This document shows positions 39,289 to 49,864 of a DNA stretch of 64,000 bases, piece by piece. The position numbers were made by a program, and so were the translations under genes. How positions within the stretch are numbered: position 1 is the first letter of the stretch; the number at the start of each line of letters is the position of its first letter. Location: NCBI GenBank assembly GCA_965223845.1, contig CBDCXR010000004.1, forward strand, positions 1,664,001 to 1,728,000, written 5' to 3'. The notes beneath the pieces are model-generated. The model ran no database searches, was not told the origin of the DNA, and saw nothing but the letters and a program-made list of their open reading frames with translations. The stretch is from Planctomycetota bacterium (GTDB taxonomy: Bacteria; Planctomycetota; UBA8108; SXIK01).

Positions 39289-39798
39289 CTTTCCTGCGTG
39301 GCCCCCGCGACGCGCGGAGAGAACGGAGCCCGAGGCGCGATCGGCTCCCGCGGGAGCGTCCCCTCGACGGATCCGCTGTCTCGCGGCCGGGTAGAGAGTT
39401 CGGCGATGTTCGCGACGAGCCCGCGCTCGGTGGGGTTGCTCGAACCCTTTGCCGGCGCCGGCTCCCGACCCGGGGGTCGTGCGGAACCACGAACCGTGGG
39501 CGCGGCCCCCCAGGAATGGACTTTTTCTCTATCGACCGGCCCGCCCCTCAGGGTTTCGAAGGCGCGATTATCAGTCGCTCACCCGGTTCCGCCGGACCCG
39601 GGCGGGCTCCGGTCCCGACGGCGGGTCTCGCGGGCCCCGCGGGTGTCGAACATCCGCGAAACGAACCGGTAGGATGCCGGACCGCCGGGGTTTTGCGCTA
39701 CGAACTCCCGTCGTACGTGGAGTCTAAGTCTAAGCCGGGTCGCGGGACTGGGTTCCCGGACGAAGTCGACCTCGCTGCCAACGGAGCTGCGGCAAACG

Positions 39799-42700
39799 AT
39801 GCGGAAATTGGTGATCCCCGGAATCGTCAGCACGATCGTCATCGCGCTCGCGATTCTCTTCATGATGCTCTCGGACCCGGGAGGGGGAGAGTTCACTCGG
39901 GAAGCGGATGATCCGGAAGTCGTCGTCGACGCCTCGGTCGAGGTCGACACGGTCTCTCCCGCCACCCGGGCCGATTTCGGTGCCGCCACGCCGAACTCGG
40001 ATCTTCCCGCGGACGAGATCGTCGCGAGCGACGCGACCCTCTCGGGAACGGTGACGGATGAGTTCGGCACCGGACTCGTCGGCTCGCGCGTGTTCCTGAT
40101 TCGCGGCTCCGAGTTCACGGCGCTCTTCCGCGGCGGCGACTTCTCGGCGATGATCCGTGATCGGCTGCGCCGACGAGTCCCGGTGCGGGAGACTACCGGC
40201 GGGATCGCCGTCGAGACCACGACGGACGCGAACGGCCGCTACTCGATTCCTCTCGCCCGGATCCCGCGCGGGAACTACGTCGTGTACGCGCGATTCGACG
40301 AGTTCGCGACGGACGGAAAAGAGTGGGAGTGGACGAACGAGTCGGCGACCGTCGACTTCGCTCTCGCGCCCGGAGGAGCGATCACCGGGATCGTCGTCGA
40401 CCCGCGGGGGAATCCCGTCGCCGGCGCGAGCGTCACCGCGACTCCGCAATCGCGCTCGCGCGAGTTCGGCTTCCGCGGGCGTCGTGGATCGCGAACACTC
40501 GGCGACCAGGTCTGGACGGACGAGCGCGGAGAGTTCTTGCTCAGCGTCGCCAGCGGCACGTACGACATCGAGGCCGAGGCCGCCGGCTTCACGAGCAACG
40601 AAATCGAGGACGTCGACATCGGTGTCGCCGACGTCGTGGTCGAGCTCCGGCCTGGTGCGACGCTGACGGGCGTCGTCCGTTCGGAAAGCGGCGGTCCGGT
40701 CGCCGGCGCCGAAGTGGCCCTCGTCATGGGAGGAGGCGGACGCGGTACGTTCGGTCGCGGAGGCCGGGGCGGTCGCGGGGGCCGGCGCGGTGACCGCGGG
40801 GACGGCGAGCCGTCGTCGAACCAGAACATTCGCGTCGCGGATGCGGCCGGATTCTGGCGCTGGGCCGCGTCGCCGCGTGCGACGGCGGTGACCGGGTCGG
40901 ACGGGCGCTTCGAGTTCGCGGGGATTCCCGCGGACGATTTCGCCCTCCTGGTCGAACGCCCCGGGTTCATTCCGGTGCAGGCGTCCGGGGACCTCGAGCC
41001 GGACGATGACGAAGCCGCGGACGCCGATCCGATCGAGCAGTCCGTTGAGATCTCGCTCCGACCCGGGGGAGTGATCTCCGGGATCGTACGCAGCGACTCG
41101 GGCGAGGCGATCGGCGGTGCACTCGTCGCCGTCGCGCAAAGCTCCGATCGGGATGACCGCCGAGCCCGCTTCGGCCGCGGTCCCTTTGGCGGCGGACGCG
41201 GGGGCGGGGAGTTTCGCGGTCGGCGCGGCGGGGATCGCGGCGACCGAGGCGATCGCCGCGACGAGGACGCGGAGGCAGGTGGGGGCGAGGAAGACGACGT
41301 CCGCCCACCGGAGCCGGTGTCCCTGTTCCGCGTACAGACCGCGGTCGAGACCGCGCCCGACGGCTCATTCGCTCTCGAACCGGTTGCCGCCGGAAGCTAT
41401 TCGCTCAGCGTTCAGTCCGACCGCCACCCCGTTTACCGCGTCGACGATGTCGTCGTCGAGCAGGACATCGAGCTCGAGGTCCAGCTCGAGCCGGGTAGCG
41501 AGGTGCGCGGACGCGTTCGCTCCAGTCGGGACGACAGCGCCGTCGCCGACGCTCAGATACGGTTCTCGATCACCGGCCGGAATCGTCGACTCGTCGAAGG
41601 CGACGCGGCGGGGAACTTCGTCGTCGACGGTGTCGCGTCCGCGGAGATCGAGGAGGTACGCATCGCCGCCGATGGCTACACGACGAAGTACGTCCGCGAT
41701 TTGGCGCTCGACGTGCGCGACGGAAAGGTCGAGGAGCTCGAGTTTGTGCTCGATCCGGCTGCGTCGCTCCGCGGTCGCGTCGTCGATACGGACGGACAAG
41801 GAGTCCGCAAGGCGATGGTCCGTCTCACCCCGCAGTTCGAAATCAGCGCGGAACGCGAGGACATCAGCCGCACGTTCCGCGAGACGTTCCGGCGGGCCGC
41901 GAGCACGAGAACCGATATCGACGGCCGCTTCGAATTCGACAATCTGAGCGGCGATCAGACGTACGTCGCGGCGGTCGAGCACGTCGATTTCCGGCCGGCG
42001 AGCAGCGATTCGATCGACGTCGCTGCGGGAGATGAGCTCGAGGACATCGAGCTCGTCGTTCGCCGCGGTGCGACCGCGATCGTCGCCGTGCGCGGGAGCG
42101 GCAACGAGCCGGTCCCGGGCGCGCGCGTCCGTCTCGAGCGCTACGAGGCGCCCGAGCGCGAAACTCGCGCCGGTGGCGGCGATCGTGGGGACGACGAGCG
42201 TCGGGCGGAGCGGCGGCGCGAAGAGATTCAGCGGTTCATCCAGAACATGTCCCGCGGGGGTGAGGTCGGCCGGCGACGCTCGCGCGATGCGGGGCCGGAC
42301 GGGAACGCCGTGTTCAGCGGTCTCGAGGGCGGGCTCTTCCGCGTTCACGTCGAGGCCCGCGAGTTTCAGCCCTTCTACGCGCAGGTGACGCTCGTCGAGG
42401 ACGACTCGACGAACGTCGTCGCGAGCCTCCTCAGCGAGAACTTCATCGCCGGACGGATCGTCGACGGACTCGGCGCGCCGGTTTCGAGCGCGCGGATCAC
42501 GGCGACGCGCGAGACCCCGGATCCCGCGTCGATCGTGAGTGAAGAGGACGCGGAGAGCGAGTTTCGCCGCCAGCTCCGCCGCGGACGCGAGTCCGAGGAG
42601 GGGCGCTCGGGTCCGGACGGGACGTTCCGGATCGGGCAGCTCGGCGACAGCACGTACGCCCTCTCGATTCGCGCGGAGGGATTCAGCTCGACGAGGCTCG

Positions 42701-43776
42701 AGGGCGTCGAGGTCAATCGTCGACGTGACTTCGTGCTCGCGCGACTCGGCGGCGTCGCCGGGTATGTCGCCACCGCCGAGACCGGAGCTCCGATCGCCTC
42801 GTATCGCGCGCGGCTCCAGTCCGCCTCGGGTCGTTCGTCCCGGACGGTGCGCGGCGAGCGCGGCGGATTTGAACGGGGGCGCTTCAGCCGGGGAGATCGC
42901 GGTGATCCGCGTCGCTGGCGACGCTTCGAAGATCCGGCCGGGGCGTTTCGATTCGACGACGTCCCGCCGGGCGAGTATCGACTCGAGGTCCTCGCCGACG
43001 GCCACGCTGGGGCGTCGGTTTCGGTGACCGTCTACGAGGGACGCGTGACGGACGACGTCAGCGTCGCGCTCGAGGAAGGCTTGTCGATTTCCGGCACCGT
43101 GGTCGACCGCCGGTCCGGAGCGCCGCTCGCGGGCGCGAGGATCCTGGTCTTTCCCGTGCGGGAGGAGAGCTCGCCCGACGGCGACAGTCGCGCGGAGAGC
43201 CGTACGCGCCGGGAGAGCACGTCGCCGACCGCGGGGCGGCGAGCCGATCGCGAGCTGCGCGGCACGCGACGAGAAGGGCGAACCGGGCGCCGCGATGGCG
43301 GGGGATCGAGCCGAGAGCTTCTCAGTCGCTCGGCGGTTGCGCTCCTCGCTCGTTCGGCAAGCCGCGCCGCGGACGAACAGCGGAGCGATGACGACGGCTG
43401 GTTCAAGGTGCCGGAGGTCACGCCGGGAGCCTACCGCGTCGTCTTCGAGCAGGACGGCTACGTGCCGTACCTCCTCGAGCTCGATGTCGACGACACGACC
43501 GTCGTCTCGAATCTCCGCGTCGACCTCGATCCGGGCGAAACCCTCAGCGGTGTCGTCGAGCTCGATGGGGCCGCCGGCGTCACAGTTGCCGTCGAGTCGT
43601 CCGAGGGATACGTCCGCCGCGCGATCGCCGACCGGAGAGGGCGGTACCGGATCCAGGGCTTACTTCCCGGCAGCTACCGCGTATCGCTCGAGGCGGCGAA
43701 CCAGACCGTCGGCCCGGCACGCGACGTCGACGTGAAGGAAGGCGCAACCACCTTTCATTATCGGCAAGAGGAGTGA
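39799..43776 (+). CDS. Large membrane-anchored protein with many carboxypeptidase-regulatory-like (transthyretin-like) repeats
   Basis: N-terminal TM; repeated I.G.V.D..G.PV.GA.V ... TD..G.F ... G.Y.L units. Confidence 0.88.
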   Translation: MRKLVIPGIVSTIVIALAILFMMLSDPGGGEFTREADDPEVVVDASVEVDTVSPATRADFGAATPNSDLPADEIVASDATLSGTVTDEFGTGLVGSRVFLIRGSEFTALFRGGDFSAMIRDRLRRRVPVRETTGGIAVETTTDANGRYSIPLARIPRGNYVVYARFDEFATDGKEWEWTNESATVDFALAPGGAITGIVVDPRGNPVAGASVTATPQSRSREFGFRGRRGSRTLGDQVWTDERGEFLLSVASGTYDIEAEAAGFTSNEIEDVDIGVADVVVELRPGATLTGVVRSESGGPVAGAEVALVMGGGGRGTFGRGGRGGRGGRRGDRGDGEPSSNQNIRVADAAGFWRWAASPRATAVTGSDGRFEFAGIPADDFALLVERPGFIPVQASGDLEPDDDEAADADPIEQSVEISLRPGGVISGIVRSDSGEAIGGALVAVAQSSDRDDRRARFGRGPFGGGRGGGEFRGRRGGDRGDRGDRRDEDAEAGGGEEDDVRPPEPVSLFRVQTAVETAPDGSFALEPVAAGSYSLSVQSDRHPVYRVDDVVVEQDIELEVQLEPGSEVRGRVRSSRDDSAVADAQIRFSITGRNRRLVEGDAAGNFVVDGVASAEIEEVRIAADGYTTKYVRDLALDVRDGKVEELEFVLDPAASLRGRVVDTDGQGVRKAMVRLTPQFEISAEREDISRTFRETFRRAASTRTDIDGRFEFDNLSGDQTYVAAVEHVDFRPASSDSIDVAAGDELEDIELVVRRGATAIVAVRGSGNEPVPGARVRLERYEAPERETRAGGGDRGDDERRAERRREEIQRFIQNMSRGGEVGRRRSRDAGPDGNAVFSGLEGGLFRVHVEAREFQPFYAQVTLVEDDSTNVVASLLSENFIAGRIVDGLGAPVSSARITATRETPDPASIVSEEDAESEFRRQLRRGRESEEGRSGPDGTFRIGQLGDSTYALSIRAEGFSSTRLEGVEVNRRRDFVLARLGGVAGYVATAETGAPIASYRARLQSASGRSSRTVRGERGGFERGRFSRGDRGDPRRWRRFEDPAGAFRFDDVPPGEYRLEVLADGHAGASVSVTVYEGRVTDDVSVALEEGLSISGTVVDRRSGAPLAGARILVFPVREESSPDGDSRAESRTRRESTSPTAGRRADRELRGTRREGRTGRRDGGGSSRELLSRSAVALLARSASRAADEQRSDDDGWFKVPEVTPGAYRVVFEQDGYVPYLLELDVDDTTVVSNLRVDLDPGETLSGVVELDGAAGVTVAVESSEGYVRRAIADRRGRYRIQGLLPGSYRVSLEAANQTVGPARDVDVKEGATTFHYRQEE

Positions 43777-43972
43777 GGCGGGTGATTCGTTCGACCGCCG
43801 CGCTCGCCTCCGCTGGTCGGGTGTGGTTCGGGGAGGCGGCGTGGGTTTTTCCGTGCGCTCTTCCCCACCCGCGGCGAAAATGAACCGGTGATCGGGGCCG
43901 GCGACGGGCCGCGGCAATTCGTGGTCGCCGCCCCGGATACGAAGTGCCGCATACGAGTGTCAGTGAGGGACA

Positions 43973-44653
43973 ATGAGAGCGATTCGGTCCGGTCTCGGCG
44001 TGCAGAGTGACGCGGCGAAGAGCGTGGAGGCGGTAAACGCGCCGGCTCGATCTTCGGCGGAGAACGTTGCCGACCCGGAGCTCATCGAGCGCATCCTCGG
44101 CGGAGATGCCGAGGCCTTCCGCACGCTCATCGAGCGGCACCACCCGAAGGTCTTCCGCCTGGTTCAGGGGATCCTTCAGGACTGGCACTACGCCGAGGAT
44201 GTCTGCCAGGACATCTACACGACGGTGCACCGGAAGCTCCCCGGCTTTCGCAACCAGTCGCTCTTCTCGACGTGGCTCTACCGGGTCGCCGTCAACGCCG
44301 CGATCAAGGGGCGACGTCGCTGGCGGCGCTACAATCCGCGCCCGCTCGAGATCGTAGGGGACGTTGCGGACCGCCCGGCCGACGATCCGGATTTCGAAGG
44401 TCGCGAGGTCTTCACGCAGCTCCTTCGACCGCTTCCTGAGAAGCTACGCGTCGTCGTCGTCCTCCGCGAGATGAATGGTCTCAGCTACGACGAGATCGCT
44501 TCCGTGCTCCACTGTTCCCGCGGAGCTGTCGAGCAGCGGCTTCACCGCGCGATGACGCGGCTGCGCTCCGTCTGGACGGATGCGCGCCCGGTGCTCTTTG
44601 AAGGAGCTCGGCCCGGTTCCCAGCTCCGCGAGTTGAAGAGGGCCGTGCGATGA
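43973..44653 (+). CDS. ECF RNA polymerase sigma-70 factor
   Basis: DPELI..GD.EAF..L, AEDVCQ, FSTWLYRVAVN, GLSYDEIA..L. Confidence 0.93.
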   Translation: MRAIRSGLGVQSDAAKSVEAVNAPARSSAENVADPELIERILGGDAEAFRTLIERHHPKVFRLVQGILQDWHYAEDVCQDIYTTVHRKLPGFRNQSLFSTWLYRVAVNAAIKGRRRWRRYNPRPLEIVGDVADRPADDPDFEGREVFTQLLRPLPEKLRVVVVLREMNGLSYDEIASVLHCSRGAVEQRLHRAMTRLRSVWTDARPVLFEGARPGSQLRELKRAVR

Positions 44654-45129
44654 GTCGCCGCGATCGCACCACCGCTCGTCGCGTGAAGAGCTGGCTCGAC
44701 AGCGAGCTCGGGCCGCGGTCTTCGCGCGAGGTTTCCGGTCTCGTCCGGCGATCCGTCCGGGCGCGTTCGCTCTGCGATGACTACCGGCGAATCAGCCGTG
44801 CGATTCGTGAGGCCGGCGAGCGATTGCCGCTCCCGCGTCCTCGGTGCGCGGACGCGATTCTCCGGTCGCGTCGGGAACGAAAGAGCGGCGAACGCCAATT
44901 GATCCGCTCGCTTCAGCGCACCGCGCTCGCCGCGGGCCTCGTCCTCGCGTCGACGCTCGCGGTCCTCGCGAGCTCAGCTCCGAGCTCAGCTCCGGATCAC
45001 GTGAGCCGATCGACTCCGCCGCGGGTGACGTCGCTCGAGCCTGCACCCGATTCATCTCCCGCACGAAGCCTCGATCTCGACCAAGCGCTCGCGTGGTCGA
45101 TCGCGACGCCCACGTGGGTGGAGTACTGA
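44650..45129 (+). CDS. Putative anti-sigma factor
   Basis: ATGA-coupled to the sigma gene; SWLDSEL (degenerate zf-HC2-like) N-terminus and one TM. Confidence 0.65.
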   Translation: MSRRDRTTARRVKSWLDSELGPRSSREVSGLVRRSVRARSLCDDYRRISRAIREAGERLPLPRPRCADAILRSRRERKSGERQLIRSLQRTALAAGLVLASTLAVLASSAPSSAPDHVSRSTPPRVTSLEPAPDSSPARSLDLDQALAWSIATPTWVEY

Positions 45130-45131
45130 GA

Positions 45132-45950
45132 ATGAAGCTCTGGATCACGCTGTGTACGCTTCTCGTCTTCGCCGCCGGTTCCGCCGTGGGTTACCTCGCC
45201 GGTGATCGGATCCGGTCGGGTCACGCGGTGTCCTTACCGAGCCCGCCCGCCGAAACCGACGAGCTCGGCGCGATCGTGGATCCAGACCCCGATTACCCGC
45301 TCTATCTCGTGACGAGCGAGTCGGTGTACGACGAGCTCGCGCTCTCGCCGGATCAACGCGAGCGCCTCGAGAACCTGCTTGCGATTCATTTCGACCGCCT
45401 GCGCGACGTCCGTGCAGAGCTCACCTCGCTGTCCGCGGAGCTCCGTTGCGGCGTGCTCGACGTTCTGAGCGAGGAGCAGGCGCAGCGGTTCCAGGCGGTT
45501 CGCTCGCGCTTCTCGGAGAGCCGCGTCCAGTCGTGGGTCGACCGCGAGATCGCGAAGCTTCGCCGCGAGCTTCACCTCGTTCCGGAGCAGGTCGCCGGAG
45601 CCTACGGCGTTCTCTTCGAATGGGGGCTCGAGCGGAAGGATCTCTTCGGGCGGAAGCGCGCGGGCACGGCGCGAACCGGTGTGCTCGAGGAGCTCGAGGG
45701 ACTCCGCCGGCGCCGCGACGAACGACTCCAGGCGATCCTGTCGCCGGAACAGTTCTCGAGTTACGTCGAGATCCAAGCGCGCGAACGACGCTGCCGGGAA
45801 GGGAACGAGAGCGCGGGAAGCTCCGGCCAGAAGGCGGCGTGCCCGGACACGAAGAAGGCGAAGGCCGCGGAGACGCCGGCGTGCCGATCGACCGACTCCG
45901 TTCGGTGCCGGGATGCACGGGGACGTTCGCGCATCACCGGGGAAGCCTGA
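45132..45950 (+). CDS. Spy/CpxP-like periplasmic helical protein
   Basis: LVFAAG.AVG anchor; LSPDQ, LSEEQ and LSPEQ (LTxxQ-like) repeats. Confidence 0.65.
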   Translation: MKLWITLCTLLVFAAGSAVGYLAGDRIRSGHAVSLPSPPAETDELGAIVDPDPDYPLYLVTSESVYDELALSPDQRERLENLLAIHFDRLRDVRAELTSLSAELRCGVLDVLSEEQAQRFQAVRSRFSESRVQSWVDREIAKLRRELHLVPEQVAGAYGVLFEWGLERKDLFGRKRAGTARTGVLEELEGLRRRRDERLQAILSPEQFSSYVEIQARERRCREGNESAGSSGQKAACPDTKKAKAAETPACRSTDSVRCRDARGRSRITGEA

Positions 45951-46093
45951 GAACGCCACGGAATGGCGCCGGTAGGCGCATTGCGCCGCTCTCGACCGGT
46001 TCCGACCGGACGACCCGATAACCGCGCCGCTCCCAGTCTCGACCGAGACGACACGAAGAAGAGGTATCGCTCTCCGTTCGAGGTGATCCTCTC

Positions 46094-49054
46094 GTGTTCG
46101 ACTGTCGCTTGCTCGTCTCGATCTTCCGCGCCCTTTCTGTGTCGGCCGCCCGGTCGCCTCATTCGCGGCGCGGGCGACTCCCCGACGCCGTCTCGTCCCT
46201 CGCTCTCGGCGTACTGCTAGCCTTCGAGTGCTCTCTCGCCGCGCAATCGTCGAGCGCTGCTTCCCCGCTGCGGGTCGAGTTTCGACCGGGCCCGGCCACG
46301 GTCGAGCAGTGGGAGACCGTCGACATCGCGATCGACGTGAGCGGGGTCGAATTCGACAACCCGTTTACCGAGGTCGAAGTGACGGGTTCGTTCGGGCTGG
46401 TCGAACCATCGTCGGCCGCGGGCGAGCAGACGAAAGACGAGCCGGAGGAATCGTCGGCCCCCGCGGCGCCGGAGTGGGCGCCGGAGATCGGAGAACCGAT
46501 CGACGTCACGGGCTTCTGCGACTCGCCGGACGGGAGCGTCTATCGCATTCGATTCCTTCCGGGAGAGGCCGGAGAGTACGAATACCGCGTTCTCCTCCGG
46601 CACCGCGACGTCACGCGCAGGGCGCACGGCGCCTTCCGCGTGACCGAATCCACCCGAAGCGGGCCCGTCCGCGTCGATCCCGAACACCCCGAGCACTTCA
46701 AGCTCGAAGGCACGGACGAGCACTTCTTCTGGACCGGAGCGACGGCGCTCTTTCTCGCGGGGTGGGACGACCCCGACGTCGCGGCGATCCTCGATCGCTT
46801 CGATGCTCAGGGCGTGAACCGAGTCCGCGTTCTCCTTTCCGGCTGCGTCGGACCGCGCCCCTGGGGTACTCCGGTGGTTCCCACGGATAGCTTCTCGCTT
46901 TGCCTGCAGCCGTGGCCGCGCGCGGGGGGATCGGGAGGCTTCGACCTCGAGCGTTTTCGAGTCGAATACTGGCAGCGATTCGATCGACTCGTTCGCGCCG
47001 CACGCGAGCGCGGCATCGTCGTCGCCGTGGTGTTCTTTCTCGGGGGGCCCGGGGCGGAGATTCCGGTCGCGGCGGGCACCGCGGAGGAGCGGCGTTTCCT
47101 CCGCTATGCCGTGAGTCGCCTCGCCGCGTTTCCGAACGTCATGTGGGATCTAGGACACGAGCACGACTTATCCCGTGAGTCTCCCGATTGGCCGGAGATC
47201 ACGGGGTACACCGTCAAGGCGGCGGACCCGTACGACCACCTGATCGGCGCGCACAACCGCGCCTACCGCGGCGACGACTCGATGTGGCTCGACATGCAGC
47301 TCCTCCAGTGGTGGGGAGCGGAGCCATACCGCGAATGCCGCCGCGAGCGAGAGGAGCAGGCGCAGACCGGACGACTCGTGCCCACGGTTCTCGACAGCTT
47401 TGGCATCGAGGACGCGTGGGAGCGAGTCGCCGGTGAGCGCTCCGCGGACGTCCTCCGCCGGCGCGCGTGGGAGATCTACATGGCTGGAGCCTACGCGACG
47501 TTCGCCGAATCCGCCCGGCAGGGGACCGGAGTCCCGCCCGACACCGGCGGGGGCTGGGTGAACGGTCGCGGAGACGACAACATGCGACTGCTCGAGGGAA
47601 TCGCTCCCATACGCGAGTTCTTTGCCAAGTTCGAGTGGTGGCGGGCGGAAGCGAGCCCGCACCTTCTAGAGGGCGAGGGCTTCTGCCTCGCGCGTAGTGG
47701 CGAGTTCTACGCGGTCTACTCGCCGCGTGGCGCGTCCGCGCGCCTTCGCCTCGAGGGAGAGGACTACCGTGCGCTCCGCTGGAACCCGCGCGCGGGCGAG
47801 TGGTCGGAGCTCGGGGCGGCGAACGGGCCGGTGTGGACGATCCCGGCCCATCCCGATCAGGGCGACTGGGCGGTGCTCGTGCTCCGGCGTCACCTCCTGC
47901 CGGACCGGTGCCCACCCGAAGTCGTGAGCGCGGCCGCCAACGCCGAGCGGACGCGGGTCGATGTCGTATTCTCCGAGCCGGTGAACCCGATCGAGTCGAC
48001 CCTTCCGGCACAGTATCAGTTCGCGCCGCACCTCGAGGTGAACGACGTGCAGATCTCAGCCGACGGGCTCGTCGCCTCGCTCGAAGTCGCGGACATTCCG
48101 GCCGGACGCTACTCCCTCCGAACCGCGCGCATCGCTGATCGAGCGCGCCCGCCAAACGCGAGAGGGGCGCGCTCGATCGGCCATGTGCCGATCGAGCTAG
48201 AGGTGGCGGAAGTCCCGAGCCCTAGCGTCTATTTCGACCTCGAGGAGGGAGTCGGCTCGAGATCGCTCGCCGCGGCGTTCGGTTCTCGCATCGACGCCTT
48301 CCTCACGCCCGACTATCCCCGCTGGAGCGCGAACGTTCCGCACCGATTGATCGGCTCGTTCGCCCTCGACTTCGGCGCGGTCCGCGGCCCGCACGGCGTC
48401 CATACGGTCGCGACGGGGCTCGATTCGGGCGTCCCTCTCAACTCGTTCGCGGTGACGGGCTGGATCAACCTGCGCGGACTTCCCCGGGTGGGCGGCGCCT
48501 GTATCGTGTCGACAGCGAGCGAGGCGATCGGCGGGCTTACCGTCGAGGCCACATCCGGCGGTGGTGTGCGATTGCGTACCGGACGACTCGACGGACTCGC
48601 GCTTCTCGGCATGAATCACGACCTTCTCCCTGTCGATCCCGACGCGAGACGCGAGAACTGGCGCTTCTTCGCGGTGACGGTGCGAGCCGGGACGGAAGGG
48701 CGGGCGAAGCTCTTTGTCGGATCGGCCGGATCACCCGCCGTCCTCGTCGAAGAGTCGGCGGGAGTGTTTCAGCCTGTGCGGCTCGGGTCCGACCCGGTGA
48801 TCAGCCTCGGCCATCTTCGACCGGAGCTGAGAACGCCGAGTCGGCGCGCGTGGGCGCTCCTCGGAATGCTCGACGACGTTCGTGTGTACCTGAGCCGCGA
48901 TGGCTCCGCGTTTCTCGGCGAGACGCAAATCCGCGCGGTCCAGCGCGTCGGGCGAGGGACAGGTCGCCGGCCGGCGGTCGTCGAGTGCGCCGCGGCAATC
49001 GAGGTTCGGGCGGAGGCCGCGGATCAACAGAAACGCCCCGACGGACCGCGTTGA
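46094..49054 (+). CDS. DUF5060/DUF4038 (apiosidase-like) glycosidase with collagen-binding-like, Ig-like and LamG-like domains
   Basis: NPF.EV.V...GFCD..DG..Y.IRF.P; PFFW-like HFFWTG; R.AAFPNV.W; WNPR.G.W; VVFSEPV; G.LDDVRVY. Confidence 0.78.
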   Translation: MFDCRLLVSIFRALSVSAARSPHSRRGRLPDAVSSLALGVLLAFECSLAAQSSSAASPLRVEFRPGPATVEQWETVDIAIDVSGVEFDNPFTEVEVTGSFGLVEPSSAAGEQTKDEPEESSAPAAPEWAPEIGEPIDVTGFCDSPDGSVYRIRFLPGEAGEYEYRVLLRHRDVTRRAHGAFRVTESTRSGPVRVDPEHPEHFKLEGTDEHFFWTGATALFLAGWDDPDVAAILDRFDAQGVNRVRVLLSGCVGPRPWGTPVVPTDSFSLCLQPWPRAGGSGGFDLERFRVEYWQRFDRLVRAARERGIVVAVVFFLGGPGAEIPVAAGTAEERRFLRYAVSRLAAFPNVMWDLGHEHDLSRESPDWPEITGYTVKAADPYDHLIGAHNRAYRGDDSMWLDMQLLQWWGAEPYRECRREREEQAQTGRLVPTVLDSFGIEDAWERVAGERSADVLRRRAWEIYMAGAYATFAESARQGTGVPPDTGGGWVNGRGDDNMRLLEGIAPIREFFAKFEWWRAEASPHLLEGEGFCLARSGEFYAVYSPRGASARLRLEGEDYRALRWNPRAGEWSELGAANGPVWTIPAHPDQGDWAVLVLRRHLLPDRCPPEVVSAAANAERTRVDVVFSEPVNPIESTLPAQYQFAPHLEVNDVQISADGLVASLEVADIPAGRYSLRTARIADRARPPNARGARSIGHVPIELEVAEVPSPSVYFDLEEGVGSRSLAAAFGSRIDAFLTPDYPRWSANVPHRLIGSFALDFGAVRGPHGVHTVATGLDSGVPLNSFAVTGWINLRGLPRVGGACIVSTASEAIGGLTVEATSGGGVRLRTGRLDGLALLGMNHDLLPVDPDARRENWRFFAVTVRAGTEGRAKLFVGSAGSPAVLVEESAGVFQPVRLGSDPVISLGHLRPELRTPSRRAWALLGMLDDVRVYLSRDGSAFLGETQIRAVQRVGRGTGRRPAVVECAAAIEVRAEAADQQKRPDGPR

Positions 49055-49117
49055 TCCGCCGGGGCGTCGCTCGGACACGGCGCGAAGCCGCGTCCGCTTG
49101 ATCGAGGGGAACCGGGG

Positions 49118-49864
49118 CTAGATGCTGATCTTCTTCTTGCCCTTCTCAGCATCCTCTTTCTTTTTGCCTTCGCCCTTCTTCTTGCCCTCGCCTTTCTTTT
49201 TGCCTTCGCCCTTCTTCTTGCCCTCGCCCTTCTTGATCACGAGGCCGTTCTTGAAGTTCGCGGCGACGTACTTCTTCTTGCAGTTACCGCAGCAGAAGTT
49301 GACGAGCTCGCTCTTGAACACGACGAGAGACTGTTCGAGCTTACCGGGCTTGCCGCTGAAGGGGCACTTGCCGGGCTTCGCCACGTTGACGCCGAGCGAC
49401 TTCTTCGCGTAACCCTTCCGGCAGTTCTCGCAGCAGAACGCGACGGTTTCGGTGCCGACCGCGAGCGTGACTTCGGGATTGACGGCCTTGCCGCTGAGGG
49501 GGCACTTCGCGCCTTCCTTTGCCGCGGCGACCTTGATCTTATTCTTCTCGGCGAACTTTCCCTTGCAGTTGCCACAGCAAAACGCGACGAGCTTAGCTTC
49601 TTTCCGGATGACGCTCTGCTCCGCCTTCCCGGGGTTGCCGCTCAGCGGGCACTTGCCGACCTTCTCGAGATTGACGCCGAGCTTCTTCGCGTAACCTTTT
49701 GGGCAGTTGTTGCAGCAGAACCCGACCTTCGCGCCGTTCACCTCGAGGAAGATGTCCGGATTCGCCGCCTTGCCGCTCAGGGGACACTTGACTTCCTTCT
49801 TCTCCGCACCGACGAGAAAAAGCGCGAGAGGAAGCGCTAGGAGCGAGGCAATCTTGAGCTTCAT
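49118..49864 (-). CDS. Secreted Cys-rich protein with four YHS/TRASH-like repeats and a Lys-rich tail
   Basis: 4 x CP(L/F)SG...FCCxNC; signal peptide; repeated KKGEGK tail. Confidence 0.8.
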   Translation of the reverse strand: MKLKIASLLALPLALFLVGAEKKEVKCPLSGKAANPDIFLEVNGAKVGFCCNNCPKGYAKKLGVNLEKVGKCPLSGNPGKAEQSVIRKEAKLVAFCCGNCKGKFAEKNKIKVAAAKEGAKCPLSGKAVNPEVTLAVGTETVAFCCENCRKGYAKKSLGVNVAKPGKCPFSGKPGKLEQSLVVFKSELVNFCCGNCKKKYVAANFKNGLVIKKGEGKKKGEGKKKGEGKKKGEGKKKEDAEKGKKKISI

